From Alphaproteobacteria bacterium (GTDB lineage: Bacteria; Pseudomonadota; Alphaproteobacteria; CALKHQ01), in NCBI GenBank assembly GCA_965227515.1, contig CBDDFZ010000002.1, positions 1,088,001-1,152,000 of the forward strand: a stretch of 64,000 bases of DNA, written 5' to 3'. The notes below the pieces were generated by a model. That model was not told where the DNA came from and did no database searches. It was given only the letters and a program-made list of their open reading frames with translations. Position 1 is the first letter of the stretch; each line of letters opens with the position of its first letter. The translations under genes were made by a program, and so were the position numbers. Below, in pieces: positions 58,349 to 64,000 of this stretch.

Positions 58349-60811
58349 CTAGACCTGATACTCTTTCGACTTGAATGTCAGGTGCCGGGTGACCTCCGGC
58401 GCGTTGGCGATCTTGCGGATGTCACCCCAGGTCTGCTTGTAGTTGGGGATAATCAACTCGTTGACCCCTTCGGAGATCACGTTCCCCATCACGCCGGTCG
58501 GGTAGGCGAACAGCATGAAGGTCTCATTCGGCTTGGCGGTCGGCGTCGGGTAGGCCATGGCCTGGGTGGCGCCGTTGGCATTGTAGATCTCGACCAGGTC
58601 GCCCTCGCCAATGCCCAGTTCTGCCATGTCATCGGGGTTCATCTCGATGAACGGCAGCGGCCAGCGGTCCATCACGAAGTCGTTCTGCTGGTCCAGATAG
58701 GCCGACTGCCAGACGTGGTTGGCGCGCCCGTTGTTGATCAGGAAGCGGTATGCTGCCTGCTCCTCGGCCTTGCCGGGAGCCTGCAGGCCACGCCACTGAG
58801 TGGACGCGAAAACCGCCCTGCCGTCTTCGCCACCGAAGACCCCATCGGCATAGAGGCGCTTGGTGCCGACGATGGTGTCGCCGTCCAGGCCCGTCGCTGG
58901 CTCCTGGAACCCGTTGGTCCCCATCGCACGCAACCGGTCGTAGGTGACGAACTCGCCGCCGCCCGCATTGGCGTGATAGCCGTCCATGAAGGCGTCTTCC
59001 TCGGTCGCCCAGTCATAGCCCTGGAACTTGGCCGCGGTCTCGCTGTCGCCAGCGGCCGCGAACGCGCGCTCCAACGCCTGCGCCAACCTGGCTGCTATCA
59101 GGCAGTCGGGCAACGCCTGCCCTGGCGGGTCCATGTACCGCTCGGTCAGGCGCATCCTGCGCTCGCCGTTCATCGACGTCAGGTTCATCTCACCCGACGT
59201 CGCCGCCGGCAGCACGACATGGCTGTACTCGCCAATTTTGGTCGGCACGATATCGACGTCGACCGAGAACAGGCCGCCCGCGCGGATCGCGCCCATGATC
59301 GCCTCGATCATGCCCTCGCGATCGCCATAGGGCACCGACGACATGGCATCGCGCACCATGTCGGTGCGGCGCTTATAGGCGCGCTTGAAGGCGGACGCAT
59401 TCAGCGTGGTCTTGAAGTGATCGCACGCCCAGATGTGATGGACGCCGCCCTGGCCGTCGATCAGTAGCTGGTCGACATAGGGTGCCGGCCGGCCGATGAA
59501 GCCGTCCGCCGGCCGGACATAGCCTTCCTGGTGACCGCCCATGCGCACGCAGCCGCCGCCGGGCCGGCCGATGTTGCCGGTCGCCAGCGCCACGTTCACC
59601 AGCGCCTGGTTGGTGCGGTAGTTGTCGTTGCCCCAGATCAGGCCCTTCTCGTAACAGAACATGGTGCGCCGCCGGGCGCCGCCCTCCTTGGGCTCGGCGA
59701 TCCAGTGCGCCGCCTGCTGGATCTGGTCGACGGTGAGCCCGGTAATCTCCGCGGCCTCTTCCAACGTGGTGCGGTTGTCGGCGACCGCCGCATCGAAATT
59801 GCTGGTCGAGGCCTCGATGAAGTCGCTGTCGGTCCAGCCCTGGTCGGCGATGTAGGTGAACAGCGCGTTGAACAGCGCCAGGTCGGTGCCGGAGTTGATG
59901 GCGAGGTGCAGCACGTTGTCCGCGCCCGCCGCCGTCTCGCAGGCATTGACGGTTACCGTCCGCCGTGGATCGACGATCACGATCCGGCCCGCCGCGTGCG
60001 GCTCGTCAGGCAGTTCCTCGCCCTTCAGACCCAGAGAGGTGCCGCGCAGGTTCGGAATCCAGTGGTTGAGGAAATAGTTGGTCTGAGTCTCCAGGGCATT
60101 GGTGCCGACGGCGAAGATGGTGTCGGCCAGTTCCGCATCCTGGTAGCAGTTGTTGAGTTCGCCCACACCCATGTCGCGGCTGCCGTGGACCTCCGAATTG
60201 TAGGCCGGCCGGTTGTGGATGCGGATGTTGCGCACCTTCATGCTCTCGAAATAGAGCTTGCCGGTCGCCCAGGTGTTCTCGTAGCCGCCGCCGGCCCCGC
60301 CATGGTCGAAGGCGGAGACGAACAGCCCGTCCTCGCCCTGTTCGGCAATGACCCGGCGGGTCACCTCAGCAACCAGGTCGATGGCGTCGTCCCATGAGGT
60401 CGGGTGCATGCCGGAATAGCGCCAGACCAGCGGATTGGTCAGCCGCTGCATCTGGGTGCCGGTGGTCTCCGAATAGCTGAGCTCGCCCTGGCGCGCGCCA
60501 CGGATGGAGCCCAGGCCCGAATTGACCTCGCACTCATGGTCCGGCTGGATGACCATGTGCACGTCACGGCCATCCTGCTTGACGATGTTGTACATCGACG
60601 GTGAGTACCAAGCCGTCGTTTCCGGCGACTGCTGCTCGCCGAGATCGACACCATAGTAGTTGCCGCCGGGATCGCTGGTGCCCTGGCGGTTGACCGGCCA
60701 GGTCAGCGCCTTGTAGCCGCAACCGACGATGCAGTAGTGGCAGGTCACGTTGCGGACCTCGGCGTCGGCCGGCGGAATCGGAAGGCGGTCGATATTGCGC
60801 TTGTATGCCAT
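58349..60811 (-). CDS. aioA: Arsenite oxidase large subunit
   Basis: MAYKRNIDRLPIPP, CHYCIVGC [3Fe-4S] motif with Ser in GLGSIRG, HNRPAYNSE, YEKG, GGHQEG. Confidence 0.97.
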   Translation of the reverse strand: MAYKRNIDRLPIPPADAEVRNVTCHYCIVGCGYKALTWPVNRQGTSDPGGNYYGVDLGEQQSPETTAWYSPSMYNIVKQDGRDVHMVIQPDHECEVNSGLGSIRGARQGELSYSETTGTQMQRLTNPLVWRYSGMHPTSWDDAIDLVAEVTRRVIAEQGEDGLFVSAFDHGGAGGGYENTWATGKLYFESMKVRNIRIHNRPAYNSEVHGSRDMGVGELNNCYQDAELADTIFAVGTNALETQTNYFLNHWIPNLRGTSLGLKGEELPDEPHAAGRIVIVDPRRTVTVNACETAAGADNVLHLAINSGTDLALFNALFTYIADQGWTDSDFIEASTSNFDAAVADNRTTLEEAAEITGLTVDQIQQAAHWIAEPKEGGARRRTMFCYEKGLIWGNDNYRTNQALVNVALATGNIGRPGGGCVRMGGHQEGYVRPADGFIGRPAPYVDQLLIDGQGGVHHIWACDHFKTTLNASAFKRAYKRRTDMVRDAMSSVPYGDREGMIEAIMGAIRAGGLFSVDVDIVPTKIGEYSHVVLPAATSGEMNLTSMNGERRMRLTERYMDPPGQALPDCLIAARLAQALERAFAAAGDSETAAKFQGYDWATEEDAFMDGYHANAGGGEFVTYDRLRAMGTNGFQEPATGLDGDTIVGTKRLYADGVFGGEDGRAVFASTQWRGLQAPGKAEEQAAYRFLINNGRANHVWQSAYLDQQNDFVMDRWPLPFIEMNPDDMAELGIGEGDLVEIYNANGATQAMAYPTPTAKPNETFMLFAYPTGVMGNVISEGVNELIIPNYKQTWGDIRKIANAPEVTRHLTFKSKEYQV

Positions 60812-60828
60812 GACAGATCCTCCCTCGC

Positions 60829-61356
60829 TCAGCCGGCCAGCACGTTGGTGAGACGGCCGTAGATCAGGTCGTCGACGCCCTCGGCGAAGATGTCGCCGGC
60901 ATCGTCGACCCGCAGGTGAAACTGCGGCAGGTTCGATGTCGCCTGGCCCCAGATCTGCAGGCCGCTCTTCTCGCAGTCGAAGCGGCTGTAGTGCCCCGGG
61001 CAGTTCAGCGACCGGTCTTCGGCGACGTAGGACAGCGGATAGCCCTTGTGCGGGCAGAGGATGGAGAAGCCGACGATGTCACCGTCCGGGCCCACGCCGG
61101 CCTCGGCCGCGGTGCCGAGCTTCAGCAGGACGCCGGGCGAGCGCTCGTCGGGGTAGCTGACGAACTGGGGCTGGTTCTCGACCAGGTCGGCCACATTGGC
61201 GAGCCGGGTCGACGGGTATTCGACCCGTGCCAGTGCCGGGGTCGCCTTGGCCTGTGTCGACGACGTGGCAACCAGCGCCGCGCCGGCGATGGCACCGCCG
61301 GACCTGCGCAGGAATTGGCGCCGGCCGACGCCAACCAGTTTCTCGCAGCCCTTCAT
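60829..61356 (-). CDS. aioB: Arsenite oxidase small Rieske subunit (Tat signal)
   Basis: GRRQFL Tat motif; CPHKG...CPGHYS; LIYGR; GGAGGAG RBS. Confidence 0.95.
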   Translation of the reverse strand: MKGCEKLVGVGRRQFLRRSGGAIAGAALVATSSTQAKATPALARVEYPSTRLANVADLVENQPQFVSYPDERSPGVLLKLGTAAEAGVGPDGDIVGFSILCPHKGYPLSYVAEDRSLNCPGHYSRFDCEKSGLQIWGQATSNLPQFHLRVDDAGDIFAEGVDDLIYGRLTNVLAG

Positions 61357-61402
61357 GGATCGAACTCCTCCCACAGTTGTCGGCATTGTTGCCGAACCAT
61401 GG

Positions 61403-61417
61403 GCAAGCTGCGTGCCA
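61403..61417 (-). promoter_or_regulatory. Sigma54 promoter of aioBA
   Basis: TGGCAC-GCAGC-TTGC. Confidence 0.9.
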
Positions 61418-61468
61418 GCGCCGAACCCGCCGATTTCCGCGGGTTCGTGCATGAGGCGGGGCTGAAAT

Positions 61469-61516
61469 GTTCGGAAATCCGAACGGGCGGGGCGGGACGT
61501 GTTCGGGAAGCCGAAC
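61469..61516. promoter_or_regulatory. Two AioR-type enhancer palindromes GTTCG-N6-CGAAC
   Basis: GTTCGGAAATCCGAAC (61469..61484) and GTTCGGGAAGCCGAAC (61501..61516). Confidence 0.8.
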
Positions 61517-61523
61517 GCCGCGA

Positions 61524-62852
61524 TTAGCCGGATCGAACCGCGATGCCCATACGGCGCATCCGCTCCCACAGGGTGGTGCGCGATATGCCCAACAGGCGGG
61601 CCGCATCCTGGATCTGGCCGCCCGTTGCCTCCAACACGGAGACGATGTGCTGGCGCTCCGCCTGCTCGCGGACGGCCTCAAGGGTCTGCGGAGCGGTGTC
61701 GTCGGCAAGTGCGTCCTCGGGGAACAGGTCGCTGGCCGTGATCGCCGGGCCCGCGCAAAGGGCGACGGCGCGCTCGGCACGGTTACGCAATTCGCGCACG
61801 TTGCCGCGCCACCGGTGATCGCGCGCGGCCGCCATGGCATCGGCACCGACCCTTGGCGCGGGCACCCGGCCCATGACGCCCGCGAACTCCGCCACGAACG
61901 CCGGTAGCAAGGTTGCGATGTCCTCCGGCCGATCGCGCAGCGGCGGAATATGGACCGGGATGACATTGATGCGGAACAGCAGGTCCTCGCGAAATCGCTC
62001 GGCGCGCACCAGGTCGTCCAGGTCGGCGTGGGTGGCAGTAACGATGCGGGCGTCGAAATGCTGCGCCCGCTCGCCCCCCACCGGGGTGAACCGGCGTTCC
62101 TGCAGCACCCGCAACAGCTTGGCCTGCACGGCCAGCGGCAGGTCGCCAATCTCGTCGAGGAACAGGACGCCGCCGGCGGCGCGTTCCAGGTAGCCGCGAT
62201 GCGATGCGACGGCGCCGGTGAACGCACCCTTCACGTGGCCGAAAAGCTCGCTCTCGATCAGGTCGGCCGGGATCGCCGCGCAGTTGACGGCCACGAACGG
62301 CAGCGACGACCGGTTCGATCGCGCATGCAGGAAACGGGCGGCCACCTCCTTGCCGGCGCCGCTCTCACCGGTCAGAAGCACGGTGGAGTCGATATCGACC
62401 AGACGTTCGAGCAAGTGCTGCACCCGGCGCATGGCGGGCGAGGTGCCGAGGTCATTGTCACCGTCAAGACGATCCGAGGTGCCGATCGTGCTCGACACCT
62501 TCTCCAGGAACGCCGTCATTTCGAACGGCTTCGTCACGTAGTCTGCCGCGCCTTCGCGCATCAAGGTGACCGCCTGATCGATATCGCCATAGGCCGTGGT
62601 CAGGATCACCGGCACTTCCTGGCCGGTGGCGAGCAGGTGCCGGAACACCTCCGCGCCACTGATATCCGGCAGGCGGATGTCACAGATCAGAACGTCGAGT
62701 GCGGTGCCGTCCAGGCCGCGGATGGCATCGCGACCGCAGCTCCAGTGCAAGGCGTCATAGCCTTCCAGCCGCAATCGCTGCACCAGCGACTGGGCCATGA
62801 TCGGGTCGTCTTCCAGAACGCCGACACGCGGCGCGCTTTCATGCGGCGTCAT
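61524..62852 (-). CDS. aioR: Sigma54-dependent response regulator of arsenite oxidation
   Basis: LEDDPIMAQSLVQRL receiver, GESGAGKE, GAFTGA, C-terminal ISRTTLWERM HTH; adjacent to aioB. Confidence 0.93.
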   Translation of the reverse strand: MTPHESAPRVGVLEDDPIMAQSLVQRLRLEGYDALHWSCGRDAIRGLDGTALDVLICDIRLPDISGAEVFRHLLATGQEVPVILTTAYGDIDQAVTLMREGAADYVTKPFEMTAFLEKVSSTIGTSDRLDGDNDLGTSPAMRRVQHLLERLVDIDSTVLLTGESGAGKEVAARFLHARSNRSSLPFVAVNCAAIPADLIESELFGHVKGAFTGAVASHRGYLERAAGGVLFLDEIGDLPLAVQAKLLRVLQERRFTPVGGERAQHFDARIVTATHADLDDLVRAERFREDLLFRINVIPVHIPPLRDRPEDIATLLPAFVAEFAGVMGRVPAPRVGADAMAAARDHRWRGNVRELRNRAERAVALCAGPAITASDLFPEDALADDTAPQTLEAVREQAERQHIVSVLEATGGQIQDAARLLGISRTTLWERMRRMGIAVRSG

Positions 62853-64000
62853 GGCTCAACATCTCCCCCTCGACGATGCAGACGGTGACCGACGTTCCTT
62901 CGTCGGTCATCTCGACCGCGATACTGCCCTGTTCGCGCAAGGCCAACTCGCGCACGGTCCACAATCCCAGCGCGCCGGAATCCGGAGGCTCACGCGCGGC
63001 CTCGCCGCATTGCAAGAAGTCCCGCCACGCTGCGGGAATGCCGGGGCCGTCGTCCTGCACCCGCAGCACCAGGCTGCCGCCCCGGGCCTCGCAGAACAGT
63101 CTCACTTCCCCGCCGACGGGCGCGGCGTTGGTGGCATTGATCAACAGATTAAGGGCGATCTGGCGCGCCGCACCGGCGGAGACGGCAACCGGCCGGGCGA
63201 CGCGGTTGTCCCACGCCAGTTGCAGCGCCTTGCGCCGGACTTGCGGACCGATCAGGGCCTTCAGATCGTCGATGGCGTCGGCGACCAGCCAGGGCGCGCC
63301 ATCGTCGCGGCGCCAGGCGACCAGCATGCCGCCAACCACGTCGCGGATGCCGTTGAGACCGCGCCGCAACAGGCCGATGCTTTCCCGGCGCGCCTCCGGC
63401 ACATCGCCGTGACGATCCAGTGTGTCGACCGCATTGAGCAGACCGCCGAGCGGGTTGTTGACCTCGTGCGCCATCGACGCGGCAAGCTTGCCCATCAGCG
63501 CGGCTTTTTCCTCCCGGGCCAGCTGGCCTGCCAGGCGTTCACGGTCCTTGGCGGCGTCCACCACGGCATTAAACCGCCGGTAGAGCGTCGCGTATTCCGG
63601 TGGCGCGGTCGCGATGTCGGCCTGGTCGACCGGCTGGAAACCGCCACTTGTCGCCAACTCGATGCGGTGCATGAACCGCTCGGCCGGAGCCACCATGTGG
63701 CGGACGACGACATAGCCTGCGCCTGCCATCAGCAGGGTCAGCACGGCATTGACCGCGATCAGCGTCAGCAGCACCTCGCGCCGCTCCGCCACCAGATGAT
63801 CGGTCTCGAATGCGATCGCTAATTGGCCGACCTGACGGCCGCCCTGGCGCAGCGGGATCATGCGGCCGACTGCGTTGGTGCCGTCGTCCAGCGAAATGTC
63901 GGCTGTGTCGGTGGCGCGAAGGATATCCGCGGGCGGCGCGGTTCCTACCGGAAAGTCCATCGGCCGGCTCGAGGCCAGGATCAGGCCGTTATCGTCGATA
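62839..64000 (-). CDS. aioS: Sensor histidine kinase (5' end beyond the window)
   Basis: TM + HAMP, AHEVNNPLGG H-box, NLLINA, DDGPG; directly upstream of aioR. Confidence 0.88.
   Translation of the reverse strand, partial: IDDNGLILASSRPMDFPVGTAPPADILRATDTADISLDDGTNAVGRMIPLRQGGRQVGQLAIAFETDHLVAERREVLLTLIAVNAVLTLLMAGAGYVVVRHMVAPAERFMHRIELATSGGFQPVDQADIATAPPEYATLYRRFNAVVDAAKDRERLAGQLAREEKAALMGKLAASMAHEVNNPLGGLLNAVDTLDRHGDVPEARRESIGLLRRGLNGIRDVVGGMLVAWRRDDGAPWLVADAIDDLKALIGPQVRRKALQLAWDNRVARPVAVSAGAARQIALNLLINATNAAPVGGEVRLFCEARGGSLVLRVQDDGPGIPAAWRDFLQCGEAAREPPDSGALGLWTVRELALREQGSIAVEMTDEGTSVTVCIVEGEMLSHDAA

Noticed and set aside
58349-60811. Possible iodate reductase IdrA or another AioA-like enzyme
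   Set aside because: Order aioB-aioA, adjacent aioSR, AioR boxes and the CHYCIVGC and HNRPAYNSE motifs fit canonical arsenite oxidase; no idrP peroxidase genes are present
33058-60811. Respiratory coupling of arsenite oxidation to nitrate reduction
   Set aside because: The nitrate reductase is the cytoplasmic assimilatory type (NasST-regulated, with NirBD), not Nar or Nap; proximity alone is not evidence
61357-61569. N-terminal extension of AioB in the ORF track
   Set aside because: It runs through the sigma54 promoter and AioR sites; the Tat signal and RBS place the start at 61356

Overview
High-GC (about two-thirds G+C by eye) chromosomal segment, most likely from an alphaproteobacterium. 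The lineage is inferred from the nasST/ANTAR system, CtrA-like boxes, aioSR-aioBA gene order and alpha-type palindromic repeats. From left to right: (1) acyl-CoA catabolic genes interrupted by three orphan ORFs; (2) two tandem RTX/Ca-binding T1SS-type proteins duplicated together with a CRP-like box, a structured leader and a terminator-like hairpin; (3) a fatty-acid desaturase and an orphan priming glycosyltransferase with CtrA-like sites; (4) a GntR-controlled peptide-type ABC/M20 hydrolase/DUF1028 catabolic locus; (5) a GntR-controlled PotD-like ABC operon with twin enolase-superfamily paralogues and a frameshifted ATPase; (6) a complete sigma54/ANTAR-regulated assimilatory nitrate operon ending in an effector-less triple-GAF protein; (7) a sigma54/GntR-regulated cyanuric acid/triuret/biuret/allophanate degradation locus that also carries a formamidase and an uncharacterised cupin; (8) an arsenite oxidase locus (aioS partial, aioR, aioBA, nitroreductase). 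Five families of short palindromic repeats occur in intergenic spaces. No rRNA, tRNA, CRISPR array or intact transposase was seen. Family assignments come from motif recognition by eye; no database search was run.
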